The notes below the pieces were generated by a model. The model did no database searches and was not told the origin of the DNA. It was given only the letters and a program-made list of their open reading frames with translations. Shown here piece after piece: positions 27,201-39,600 of a stretch of DNA of 64,000 nt. The translations under genes and the position numbers were made by a program. This stretch comes from Chrysomallon squamiferum (taxonomy: Eukaryota; Animalia; Mollusca), in the NCBI GenBank assembly GCA_012295275.1, contig CM022673.1:25296001-25360000 (forward strand), given 5' to 3'. Numbering within the stretch: the first letter of the stretch is position 1; the number at the start of each line of letters is the position of its first letter.

Positions 27201-30200
27201 CTTGAGAAATGCCAGAATTCATGTTATCTACCACATCACTTATTTTTGGTCTTGTTTATCAGAAACTTTCTCATCCTGCTGAATTTCAGCCATTTTGCAA
27301 TCTTTTTTATTATCTTGAGGAATATCCATTTTTTGGTCATCTTGTGGCATTTCTGATTTTTCATCATGGCTATCAAATTTCACCTGATCCTTCTGATCCT
27401 CAGATTTATTAATATCTTGCTCTATATTAGATTCCTTTTTGGTCTGCTGAATATCCTCAACTTCCATAGCATTTTCACTGTCAACTTTGAGGTCAATATC
27501 AACATTATGCTCACCAGCATCAATGCTGTTTGTACTGCTATCATTTTTATTATTGCTGTCAAGATTTGAAGGTTTTGAATCCAAATCCATTTCTTCTTCT
27601 TTAGAGTTAGCAGCTTCTGATACTGAAATGTTTAAACTATCTTTGGAAATGCTTGTTTCAGTATTCCCTTCCATTGGACTTGAAGGTTTATTTGTATTGT
27701 TTTCACTGATGTCTGAACAGTTAGAATTAACAGTTTGACCAGTAGTTGGAGTACTATGTACAAGGCTGTTTGAAATGCTGTTTTCATTAATATTGTTAAT
27801 ATTGGTCAAAGCCGTCTTCAAGTCAGTAGCATCACTGTTGAAATTTTTGATTTCTTGATTATCAGTATTAACTCCAACTTGGCCTGAAGCAAAATGACAA
27901 TTAGAATCCTTGGAAATAGCTGCATTATTTTCCACATCGGTTATGCTGACTTGCTCATTAGAGGAATTGGGCAGATCATTAGTCACTGAAATGTTGTCTA
28001 ACCTGGCAGAATCGAGAGCAGAATCACACTCACTCTCTTCCATGCCTTCTTCATTGTAAGTAGCTGCCATGTCCTGCTGATTGTGTTGTTCATCAGTTTC
28101 ATTCATGGTGTTATTCACGGTGTCATTCAAGGTATCAACAGTATCATGAGAAATATCAGAAAGAGTAGCATTGGCAGAAGTGTCATTTAAACTGGTTTCT
28201 ATTTCTGACATTTCCACATCACTTCTGTCATATGTAGCATTGAAAGATCTTTCCATCCTCGGCTCTTCCACTGTTTCATCAATTCTTTTACTAGAATTGG
28301 AGTCACTGTCCACTGTTGTCTCACAATTATTTGTTGTGTCTTCATTTTGATTACAGGTTTCAATTTCATCGCCAGAAATGTGTCCATCCTTCTTGTCACT
28401 GCACTCTAATTTAGCCTCTGTATTTTCCTGAGTAGGTTTTTTCAGGTTAGCTAGAGGAACATCATCTTCATCAGATGACACATTCTTCTTTTCCAAAGAC
28501 TGCTCTTTGTGCTTTCTTCTTCTAGATCGTTTACTAAATAAAAAGAAAGAAAAGACAATTTAAATTAACTTTAATGTTTTGAAAGCTCTAGTAACATGTT
28601 TATAGAACTAAACTTAAGATATTGAGAAATTAGCTCTTTATATTTTACTTTCTGACCTGGAATACTGTTAATAACACTGTATACAAAAAAGGACAATATG
28701 TTAATATTTTTTTTTAATAATATATAGGTAAATATGCACCTGTGTTGGTCCAAATCAAAATCAATTTTAATGGGTTCAGAAGTTGATGATCTTGTGCTAC
28801 GTCTGTGCCGGTGTTCATGTTTGCTTTCCTGCTTCTCCTGTTTTTTCTTTTTCTTCTGCTTTTGGGGAATTTCTTCCGTAACATATCCTTTCTTTTGTTT
28901 CCTATTTTTTTTAAATAAAAGCATCAAAAAAATATCAAAACCTGTTTCTTAAGTGTTTTCTTTAAAAGCAAATACACACCATTAAACAAAAACTATTTTT
29001 TTCTAAAAAAGTAAAAATTATATATTTATAGAACTCATGTTCACAGACCGTTTTTTTCGCTGCGGTGGTTCTTCTATTGGTTCTGGGTCTTCTTTATATA
29101 ACCTTGTTCCATAAAAATACCAGTATGTAGCACCATGAGAATCAATGCCAAGTGGCTCCACTCGCAGGTTATCACCCTCAAGTCCCTGTAAATTAATGAC
29201 AAAACAATCTTCAAACCAACATGTACAATACACAGGAATACTTTTTATATTAATACATTTTATCTCTAGATTAACATATGCCATGTCAAAATGTTATCAA
29301 GACAGCAAAATTATTATGGTAAAAAAAAAAAAAATTAAATCCACCTTCCTCTCCTAATATCTTAACTGACATTTAACAAGTCTGACGTTACTAGCTTTTT
29401 TCTTCTTAAAATTAGTCTTATATAGTAATAAAAAGTTTCACATACACAATAACAGTACTGTTATAAATAATATGTGCTGCCTATAAAAATAAAATGTATC
29501 TGACACCTACACTCCATTTAAAGTTATTTTTACAAGCCACGTTTCACTTAAAAGACCAAAGGATGGAGCATTACTGGTATTTGTAAATAACTATCAGATA
29601 TCAAACACTGAAAGAATGTGTACAATTGATGATTGTTTTAATAACCTGGATAGTGACACAATGAACTCAAAAAAATGTAATTCTTCTACTGCACAAGTGA
29701 ATGTGATACCAATGAAAATGAGGTCATCTATCAATTTTAATACTTGGTTTTATTGTCGTTTTTTGTTGGAACGGTAATCGGTAAGCAATTAAATGGATTA
29801 GCTTCAATACAATTTTACATGCAAAACCATATTATTTTATTCATGTCTTAATCATTATGCCATAGAACTGATATTCTGCAAAAGTTCCCAAAAGATCTAG
29901 ACAACCAAGTGGGAAATATTCATAAGGTCATGAGTCACTGCAGAAAAGAGTAAGATTATATGCTTTAAAGAGCACTGATAACATGGACAAAACATCAGGT
30001 TTATGATATACCTGCAAATCTATCACCCATGTGAAGGAAGAAAAAAAATTATGTCATGGAAACTAGGTTGTCTTCTAACTGGGTCAAAGAAAAAAAAACC
30101 ATTGAATTTTATAGTCAGAGAAGTGGGTTGCTGCCTTACATGCACAAATAAAAAGTAATTAAAAACAAACATACAAAATACGTAATATTTCAGTATCAAC

Positions 30201-33200
30201 ACATTAATAAACTGTAACATTTCCATATAAAAGAAAAAAATGTAATACTATTGCAGTAGTAACTGATGTATTCTTTTTTTTTTTAAAGGCTCTGAATAAA
30301 TGTGTAAAGAAATCAAATAAACAAAGCATTTTAAATTCATTAGTTCACCAATCTAAAATTTATGAAAAAACATCTAATTTTTAGGTAATAATGGCCATGA
30401 AATATATGTTTCTTATAACTGTAACACCCAATACATGTACACCTATTAGAAAGAAAGAAACAAAATAAAAAATGAAAAAAAAATCTACTGAAAAAAGATG
30501 AAAGACAATTATGGACTATATTTGTATCTGAACATATCATACTTTTAAGAATTCAACAGCATCATCAGCATCTAGTCTGAAGTCACACAGTGCATGAAGT
30601 ATTTCAACCTTAGTGCGGATTGGCAATGCCAGAAAATCTCCATCCTCCATTGGGTTTGGTTTTTGAAGTTCTATCTCCCATCGTTGTTTCAAAATATCTT
30701 TCAGATACAATTCAAAATTGTAAGATCTGTAACAATAGAACATACATGTAATTTTTTTTATATTTTAACAGAAACGAGACCTGAAAATTACTAATAGTAA
30801 ATCAACTATATCAAATTTAAAGAAAGTATTTCTAAGCATACATCTGTGCAACACAAACATTTTTTTCGTGAGATCCTGTTTTTCTTTCTTTTATCGACAT
30901 AATATAGTATTCTATAAACAAATTTACTAACAGTTTTTATTATAGTATTCTATAAACAAATTTACTAACAGTTTTTATTATAAGAGCTAACAATTAATTT
31001 CTGTCTTTATTGTTTCTTTTCTTTAAAGACTGGATATTGTAGCAAACAGAAATAAGGGAAAGAACCTGTTGAAACTAATAAAATTAAAAGTTGTTTCCCT
31101 TTTAAATAATGACATCAATTTATGTAAACAACACTGTATTTCAAAATGATATACAGTAGGAAGACAAATATTATGTATTTGCTAAGAAAAATATCCTACG
31201 TTATGTCATCACGATCATAGCAACCACCAAGCAAAGGGCATATTATATCCAGTAAAAGATGACAGGTATCCCAAGACGAAGAAGCAAGCAGAGCATCTTC
31301 CAGTTCCTGTACAAATATAAATATTAATTTATCATTTAACATTAAAAGATTTTTTTTTTAAATTTACACTCAAAACACTACTTTAAAAATAATAAAAATA
31401 AATAAAAATACATACATATAGCACCTAATTGTGGAACTCTAATATTAAGGTGAATTATCACTTTAAGTAAGCTTTCAATAACTATTTCACTGCTTTTATA
31501 CAATATACATACAGATGCTTAACAACCTTTGATCAAGCCAATACACAGATTTAACAAATTTAGCCTCTGTATTTCCTGAACAGATAAACTGACACACAAT
31601 CCCACTGTTTTCACACTCGGTCAACAGTTTCATTACTTATCAAGAGAACAACATATTATCAATGATTTAAATACATTGTAATATTTCAATTTTATCAACT
31701 GGAGAAATATTAATGAAGTTGAGACTACATATTCATACCGGTTATAAGTAATGAAAAATATTGTTCAAACATTCTTTAATAAAATTGAATTAACAAGCTG
31801 GTGAGGATGTTAAAAAAGATCTAGTGACATGTGATACAATAAGCAGTAAATCAGTACATCATAAATGATTCAAGATTAATTATCATTTATCATTTTCTGC
31901 ACAAACAGCACAAAATACTCTTAAAATTGCCTAACTGATCATTACATTTCAGACTTTTAAAAGCTGGAGACTTAAGTGTGATTTCTGACTACTAAGCTTT
32001 ATTTACTCTCTACCAAAATAAATGTAAATCTTTAATTAATAGGTATACATGGGGTATATTAAATACGTTATAAAAGTTTTTCATACTTTAAATTTATTAA
32101 GCATTATTAAGTAACAGAATGAAATACAGTTTTCTATTTTAGATTAATGCAGAATCTGATATGTATCTATGAACTGGAATGGACAGTACCATCATTTGAA
32201 ACTTGTCACCTCTTTTTGACGTGCTGTAAATGCACATTTCATTACTGTCAAAAATGGAAATCTTATTGATTTTGAATCAACTTTTATATTTAATAAAATG
32301 TTTGTATCAGTCATAAAAAGAATTAAATGCACAATGTTGTGTAATAAAAATCAAAACAACACTGGAGATTCAGTGTTTCTGTTTTAGAGGATGGTATAAT
32401 GCAACTGATTAAAAGTTGTTAAGTATGTGAAATCTGGAACTAAACATTTGAAAATAAACATTATTGTAACCAAGTCTTGTCTGAATGTTAAACAAGTATA
32501 TTAAAAATTAAATGTCAAATAGCAATCTGCTGTTTTACATATGTGGCCTGCTGCCATCAGCTGCGTAACCCAATAGTGTTTATGAAATGACATTTACCCT
32601 GCTATTTTAACCTAACTTATTCTCATCTCCAAAAAAACTAGAACACTCATAATCTTCTTATTTATTTTACTTGTGATAAATATGGATTTTCAAATCAGTC
32701 ATTTTAATTAACTGTCAGTATCTAACAACGTAAATCTATATAATCAACAATTCTAAACCAATCCTATATTTCAAAATATGGCTGTGTGACAAAATCAGAC
32801 GGATACATAAAAATCAGAGTTACCTCAATATCAAAATCTGCTAGATTGAACGCTGCCCTGAAGAGTGAACAAAAATGGGCTATGCTTGGCACTTCCCACC
32901 ATGATCGAATTTCTGAAAAGAAAAGTGATAAATTTATGGAATAAATCGAAATGCACTGTAAACAACAAAGAATACGGCACTGCAAGCACGTAATATATGG
33001 AAAAAGGTTGTTAAAAACAATTATTTTTGTTACCATCCATGTTTGTTTGCTCTTCCTTTTCCTTTTGTGATAACAGTGGTCATGAGATTGCATACGAAGC
33101 AATATGCTTTTGCTGTCTACAGCATTATTAAATGCCAACAATTTCTCGGCATTAATACCTTCCAAAAGCATATAAAAAATAAATATAATGCAACTAATTC

Positions 33201-33261
33201 AGAATGCATCAGCATATTCTTTACCAGGAACATGCCTGGAAATCAACTTTCCGACAGACAT
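13189..33261 (-). CDS. CECR2: CECR2-like chromatin remodelling regulator (DDT-WHIM1/2/3-bromodomain, plus PHD), about 2814 aa if the frameshift at about 27243 is corrected
   Basis: Phase-consistent GT-AG exons: 33261-33225, 32912-32824 ([21 protein letters not shown]), 31306-31200, 30726-30543 (WHIM1, [13 protein letters not shown]), 29185-29049 ([26 protein letters not shown]), 28901-28740, 28533-26461 (ends with WHIM3-like [11 protein letters not shown]...LSEDFLPEI), 22395-22309, 22063-21910, 21615-21498, 21339-21296, 21084-20993 (SWPFWEPV...PDYYDIIK), 20618-20492 (NPIDL...FDNCEKYNG), 20056-19884, 19434-19276 (PHD), 19064-14502, 14107-14009, 13227-13189 (TGA). The start exon is the least certain. 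Confidence 0.9.
14502..19064 (-). CDS. CECR2: 4563-nt exon encoding a 1521-aa S/T/E/K-rich disordered C-terminal region of the CECR2-like protein
   Basis: Inside the 1557-aa ORF; poly-T+CAG acceptor at 19065, CAG|GTAAAA donor at 14501; in phase with the flanking exons. Confidence 0.88.
16548..16907 (-). repeat. Coding tandem repeat, 120-nt (40-aa) unit x3, plus a degenerate copy at about 16338-16458
   Basis: Units start at 16907, 16787 and 16667 ([40 protein letters not shown]-like). Confidence 0.88.
19276..19434 (-). CDS. PHD-finger exon (C4HC3) of the CECR2-like gene
   Basis: [53 protein letters not shown]; 159 nt, phase 0-0, TTTCAG acceptor and GTGAGT donor. Confidence 0.93.
19884..21339 (-). 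CDS. CECR2: Bromodomain-encoding exons of the CECR2-like gene
   Basis: WPF shelf, [13 protein letters not shown] and the conserved acetyl-lysine-binding Asn in NCEKYN, spread over four in-phase exons. Confidence 0.92.
20078..20157. repeat. (TAAA)n microsatellite, duplicated block
   Basis: Direct observation. Confidence 0.85.
24245..25874 (+). CDS. Nested antisense two-exon gene; 254-aa putative secreted/GPI-anchored Cys-patterned protein of unknown family
   Basis: Exon 24245-24492 (phase 2, GTAAGT donor) joins exon 25358-25874 (TTACAG acceptor) in frame, 765 nt total. Hydrophobic N-terminus, spaced cysteines, S-rich spacer plus hydrophobic C-terminus ([15 protein letters not shown]), AATAAA at about 25897, 25960 and 26008. 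Confidence 0.75.
26461..28533 (-). CDS. CECR2: Large acidic exon 7 of the CECR2-like gene, split into two ORFs by a 1-nt frameshift
   Basis: ORFs 27240-28496 and 26404-27234 abut in different frames. Exon length 2073 is 1 nt short of phase consistency, and the conserved WHIM3-like motif lies in the second ORF. Confidence 0.82.
26737..27033 (-). repeat. Coding minisatellite, 27-nt unit x11 (DIQQEQKE[S/L])
   Basis: Visible in both DNA and translation; degenerate copies extend to about 27360. Confidence 0.92.
30903..30982. repeat. Perfect 38-bp tandem duplication in an intron
   Basis: TATAGTATTCTATAAACAAATTTACTAACAGTTTTTAT x2. Confidence 0.9.
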
Positions 33262-34039
33262 GGATTCCTGTTGCATTATGGGAAGTTGTTATTATATACT
33301 ATATTCTAGAATGCTATTTTCATTTATATTTTATTTTTACTTTGACCCGACTACTAAGTGCACAAGACGTTTATTCTTGAATAGAAATGTTAACAAACGT
33401 TCATAAACCCAAACACATACACACATACATAGATACATGCACATTATACACATACATATATAAACATTTTATTGCCAACAGAAAAGAAAGAAGACGGGAA
33501 CAGATTACTGTAAGTACAAATTAATATATATGCATGTGAAAAACATTTTCATTTTAAAATACTTTACACAATGCTACAAACATTTTACAGATAACGTATT
33601 TGTTTTGATTTGTTGTAACATATCAAAAGATTCATTCTCTTTCTTACACACACACACACACACACACTTATAAATTCGTTTGGATATTTATTATTTCATA
33701 ATTACGAAAACAAATATATATATTATACATTCTGATATTAAACAAATAATAATAGGCTAAATTACATTTTGTATAATACTAAAATATTGTTTTTGATTCG
33801 AAAATATCAATGCACCTACTTTATTTATTTATTTATTTATTTATTATGATATTATATCACATTATGGATAAATCATAAAGATTATAAGCCTGCTAACACC
33901 ACTGAGAAATCAGAGCAAAATAATAATAATAAAATTAGTCTCTCCTCGGCCTCAAAATGTTATAATGATATATTCTTTATTATAAACAAAGGTTAGTCGC
34001 ATGGAGACAAATAAAACATTTTGAAAATGTACATTGAAA

Positions 34040-34640
34040 CATACTGGTCGTTCGGCCAGGAAACGAAAACTTACACGATTGGTCGTATTTTGGCTCTTTA
34101 TGTATCGTCTCACAACTGGTTTTCTAAACATAAGTTTATTTTGTCTCGACCTAAAAATCACTTAATTAATTTATATAAAAAAAAAAAAAAGTCAGAATAA
34201 CGGTTTACTTCTTCACACTGCAGAATTATACTTCTTATCATGATTATAATAAATTGTGTATATATCGTTTAACCAGTATGTAAACATCCATCGAGAATTA
34301 TTAAAGTTTTGTGTAACTCAACCTTCTATATAGAGTATATGATACTCGATCAGAATTGTACAAGATGGCGGTGAGTTATCGAGAACTTAGTACTCTAATG
34401 TTTATTATGCACTTTTCTCTCAAGCCAAACCTCTTCTGCCAGATCTAGTGCATAACTAATTTAATTTACCATATTTTCCTTGGAAACCTAACGACGAATA
34501 AGCATTTCTTTAGAAAAAATAAAAATAAATTATAATAAAACATAATTAATTCGCTCCAAATATTCTTTTCGATATAAACAAGTTCTCGGTTCTTGCAAGA
34601 AGCAAGTAAGCAACTGGTTGCAATACACTAAATCTCGAGT
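34040..34640. promoter_or_regulatory. Putative bidirectional promoter between CECR2-like (minus) and QSER1/PRR12-like (plus)
   Basis: CpG-retaining island. Minus-strand donor GTAAGT at 34074. Plus-strand YY1-type AAGATGGCG at 34362-34370 is followed immediately by donor GTGAGT at 34371. Confidence 0.65.
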
Positions 34641-36652
34641 AAATCATAATAATAATGTCAGATGCTTAAATGTTATTTAGGATATTTTCAAAGATTTCTA
34701 CACAGAGTGTCATGCATTTCTATTAAATAAAATAATAAGAACCCAATTGTTAAATGGTTTTACATTATATTGTTTTAATTTTAGCGTTAACAACAAGATT
34801 AATACATTGTTTGCATGATTGTTAACACTGATGCTATTAATGGTTTAATTTTAACTATATAGTACATATAAGCACCATTCTCTACCATGCTTGAATATTC
34901 ATTTCTCAAACTTTAGAATATTAAAAGAACGAAGCTCATAGGGTCATAGAATATTATTACTAAAAAAACAAAAAAATTAACCGCAAGAGGAAAAATTATA
35001 AATACTATATTATTAATAATTTTGAAATTAATATTGTCTATAATTATAAAGTTACCATTCATAAATTTTCTGTACAACTATATATTACTTGAGTAATCAT
35101 AATAGAATTGATAATAGACATTGCCATTCACTAGAGTAGAGTGCTTTTTATTAGGGCAATCAACATTTGAATGATTTATGTTTTTCATTTTTTGGGAGCC
35201 ACTTCCCTTTTTAGCAATAAAAAAACATGAGCTAAAGTGTATAAATGGTGGCAGATTAAAAGTAAGGTACAAATAAAATGAAAAAATCATCAAAGACAAG
35301 AAAATATGTTAATAATTCATCCTTAAGGGAATGTTGATTAGATTATGCAGCAATCCACGTAACCTGCATTCATGAACATTTGCAATGTGATGTGTCTGAC
35401 CAGCTTAAACTGTTGTTTAGGCAAAGGTATGAATTGATCTGAGATAGTACCTCTGCAGTGGATGTTACATATCACAGACCTGTTATTATAGTTACGTAAA
35501 ATGAAGGTAACAAAATCATAATAAACATGTTAATTCATTCTGTTGAAGTTAGTAAGCATTGTTTTGCATGTGTACATGTCATGTTTTATAAGCATGAATA
35601 TATTAAATAAATGATTTGTATCTTTTCTTCTGGACACTTGTAAATTTTATAAAGCTGCTCTCGTGCAAGAAAGCTTATACCATGGTCTTTAGTAAACCTG
35701 GCTGCCAGAGAAACCAGCTCAGTGGGGAAACAGTTGACATTTTATGATGTTCATATCAGGCCCAAATTATAATTGAATTATAGCATGTTTTGTTAAAAGA
35801 AGAGGTAACAGTGAATGTAGCCTGTTTTAATATATATATATATATATACATACAGATATTAACAAATAACAACTTAATTGTATTTAAATGAAGTAGTTTT
35901 TTGTTTAAAATTAAATACATAAATGAATGTTTATAATAATTAGTCATTAATGGAAAACACGATTAGTGATAGGTGTGATTTTTGGTTTCTGTTGGTTGCC
36001 AGTGTAACACTTATCTTTATAAAAGATTTAAATAATAATTAAAAAAAAATATATATATATATATATATTTATTTATTTATTTTATTATTTTATTTATTTT
36101 GTATATTATTTGATTTTATTGTATTTTCTTGCTTATGTACGGGTTTGTTTTGGGATATTTTTTTATTTTAATTTTTTTTTTATTATTTTATTTTTTTTAT
36201 TTTTTTTGTCACATTATAACATAAAATTCTAGTACAGTTGTAAATATTTAAAGTTAAAATATGTTTCTTTGGAAAATCTAGAATATATGTTAAATAAAAC
36301 ATCTGATAATTCTCTTTATTATTTATCTCTTGTCATTGTTTTTCATAGAAATGTCAGCTCACAATTCTTTTGTTGTTTAAATTATAATTTTATTATTATT
36401 TTATAGATTTCTTTTCTTTCTGTTAAAACCAGAGTAGAAAATTAAAAATTAATTTTTCATTTTAAAACAATCAAACCTCATTGATTCCATTCACAACTAG
36501 CTTTTTTTTTTTTTCTGTAGAAGGATTGAAAATACAGTATCATTCTCTTCAGAAAATTACAATTCATCATAATTATTTTGTCTTACAGGCCTTTAGTGAA
36601 TTATACATGAGTTGATACACATATATTTAAAATAAATGGGTGTTTGAGCAAC

Positions 36653-39600
36653 ATGGACCCAAATCATTGGTCCAACTACAATCAAGCATATCGTTTAGCT
36701 TCTGGAACTCTGTCTTCAAGTCATGGGTTTCCACTGTTGGAACAAGCTGCAGGTATGAAAATGAACTGTATTTAATGGCAGTTGTTGTTAACTATTATTA
36801 TGATATAACTAAACTATAAATGTCCTTTAACTTCCTTGTTTAATGAACATTACAGAAAGTAACTTAAAATAACTGATTGTTTTATATGATTAAAATTTTG
36901 AATTGAAAAAATAAATGGAAATACTAAGTTTAAATACGAGGGAAATCTTTTATATAATGAAACTACAAAAGCTTCTTTACCATATTTGTTATTCAACAGA
37001 ATTAGCAGATTTTTGTGTTTACTTATTTACATTTTTTTTTTTCAGGTTTGGGATTGGGTGCCTCTCTTCAGTCACATGGAGCAGGGCTGGCCTCCCGGTC
37101 ACTCGGTGCTCTCCCAGCTGTCAATTATCCTGGCCATCCTCTGCATAACACAATGTCTCAGTTTCTTGACCCAATGGGATCACTGCCATCACTGTCGGGA
37201 CAGGCACCGTATAAATCCATGACGATTGGACAGAGCCCATTCCCATTTGACGCATCAGGACGATCCACTGTTGACTTACAAGTTACTTACGGTTCAGCCC
37301 ACTACACATCTGCAAACCCAATCCCTTCTGACCAGAAGCCATCCCTTTTCGGGAATGATTCAGCTTCAGTTAAAGAACAGTCAGGAGCATCGTCTGTTTA
37401 TTCTGCATCGCTTTCCCCAGTGAGCACAGAATCAAACTCCAAAGGATGGGGATTGTCGAATTTTCTTCCAACAGCACCTTTTGGGAATGTTTCAGAATCT
37501 TTGAGCCCCGACTACATGTCAGCCTCCTTATTATCAACTCATTTAGTTCCACCTCCAGCTCACAATTCTAGTGGATCACATTCGACGGGTATCCAGAGAA
37601 ACCCTTATTCAGCGGATATGCTTTTTGCTCCTAGCTCACGTAATATAAAAACATCTCAAACAGAGACCATTCATTCTCCTCTCATGCCTTTGTCATACAG
37701 ACAAAACAGAAGTCATAGCGGCAGTTCAGCATCCAAATCTTCGCATCCACACATATCTCATAACTACTCTGCATCATCTTCAGAAATTGAAGATCTGTCG
37801 ACTGCTGCTCAGTTGTCTCATTTGTCTCGCAGTGAGTCTCAGTCCCAACATCAGCTGTACAGTAGTTACAACATTGTTTCTTCAGACTTTACTTCTGTCG
37901 CCGCAAACAGTCCAGTTTATACGTCATCCCATCTCGCAGCTGAGATGAATTACGATCCAGTGAGTCCAGCCACTCCAGAGATTCCAGCTGATAACGACCA
38001 TGCCAATGATAATCCTTTTTCTTCTGTGTCACTTCACGATTTGGCTGCCTTAGAACAAGCACAGCGAAATTTATCTGAAAAGGTTAGTCACGAGCAACAG
38101 AGAGCAGATATTCATCAGAGAAGAGAAATGCTCGTACCTCTTGAGCTTCACCAAAGCAGAGAACTGCAGCACAGCAGAGACTTACAAAAAGATATGTCAC
38201 ACACTGCAAGTCTGCAAAACAGGGAAATCATTCAAAGCAGAGATATACATCAAAACAGAGACATGCAAGTACACCACTTATCTGAAGAACAGAGCCACTT
38301 GTCAAATTTGGTGCAACAAATTGGCAGGCAACACACACCATCAGGATTGCACAATGGTCAAAATATTCAGAATGTTCTCAGCCCAACACAGCAGTCGCCT
38401 GTGAGCAGTGGCAGCCCTCAGCTCTCTCTTAACAGTTCGCAGAATTTACTGTCTTCACAATCAATCGTGCAGGCCCCACCACCTGTACAAGCTGTAGCCG
38501 ATTCTACAACAAAACCAAAACGTGGTCGAGGCAGCAGAGGGCCAAGAGGAGGAGGCAGTAGTGGAAGAGGCAGACGAAAAAAGTCCAAAGACATTGATAT
38601 TGCAGATATGAATCCTCAGTCCTATATTGAAGACCTCCATAAACACCAACAAAACTACTTGCAAGATATATCACCTCAAATGCATTTACCTTCACAGCAG
38701 CACCAAAGCTGTTCTGATATCCATTCTCCAACCTACAGAACTGGAATGTCGGAATCAGTTACACCAAATCTTCAGAGACAGATGTCCATGAACCAGTTAC
38801 CAGAACACATGCAGAGGTCTCCAATGCAAGAACCTCCACTTACACCCAGCCTTCAGCAAAATATAACTGAACAGATGCATGGTGGTCATCACATGCACAG
38901 TCTTACAGAAGAAATGCTTAGCAGGCAGTCCTCGGTTTCTTCCATGAACAGTGGTCAGCAGCAGTCTCCTCTCCAAGATGCAATGGCTTTGATGGCTGGT
39001 CAACGTCCATCATCTGTGTCCACTACATCACCTGCATCTCATACACCAATGTCAATGGAAAATATGGTTCCAGGGAATACTGACAGTGGAAGTCTACCCA
39101 GTCATTCAGGTTCACCTCTGGAACACAGACAAATGAAGCAGATGGGCAATATCCATGATGATTCAGTTTTAGGCACCATAGACTCCAGAGGGTATTCAGT
39201 AAATGCCTTTGAAACGCCTTTTATTGATCAGCTTGGAGAAAGTCCACATCATTCTCAAATACAATCTTATTCTGCAGATCAGATTCCAGATCGATCTTCA
39301 TTAATATCACCAGCAATGAATTCTGTTGGACAGTATCATGATGCATTAAGTGAAAGTATGTCTATTAGTTACAGTAATTCATATCAATTAAGTGCTGAAC
39401 ATCATGTTCCTGAAATGGACATGAATCGTGTTGAATCAACAATTGATGAAGTTACATTTTCTAGCCTTATTGATGACTCTGCTGAAAAAAATAAACGCAG
39501 TCGGACCAAAGCTGAACAGAAAATGTTTCCACCTCTAACAATTACTCCTGCTATTGAACAGGATGATGAACTTTGTCACTTAGCTGTACCTCCACTTTCT

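Noticed and set aside
26610-27738. Alternative-frame and antisense ORFs (192 aa, 103 aa and others) across the 27-nt repeat
   Set aside because: Open only because the repeat unit is a multiple of 3 and lacks stops; no independent start or splice support.
13189-33261. Assignment as RSF1 or BAZ1/2 because of DDT/WHIM plus PHD
   Set aside because: The N-terminal [16 protein letters not shown], [14 protein letters not shown] and LSEDFLPEI motifs and the bromodomain position match CECR2.
34468-34510. Minus-strand ATG|GTAAAT as a CECR2 start exon
   Set aside because: Phase 0 does not fit the phase-1 DDT exon, and it lies inside the plus-strand gene's first intron.
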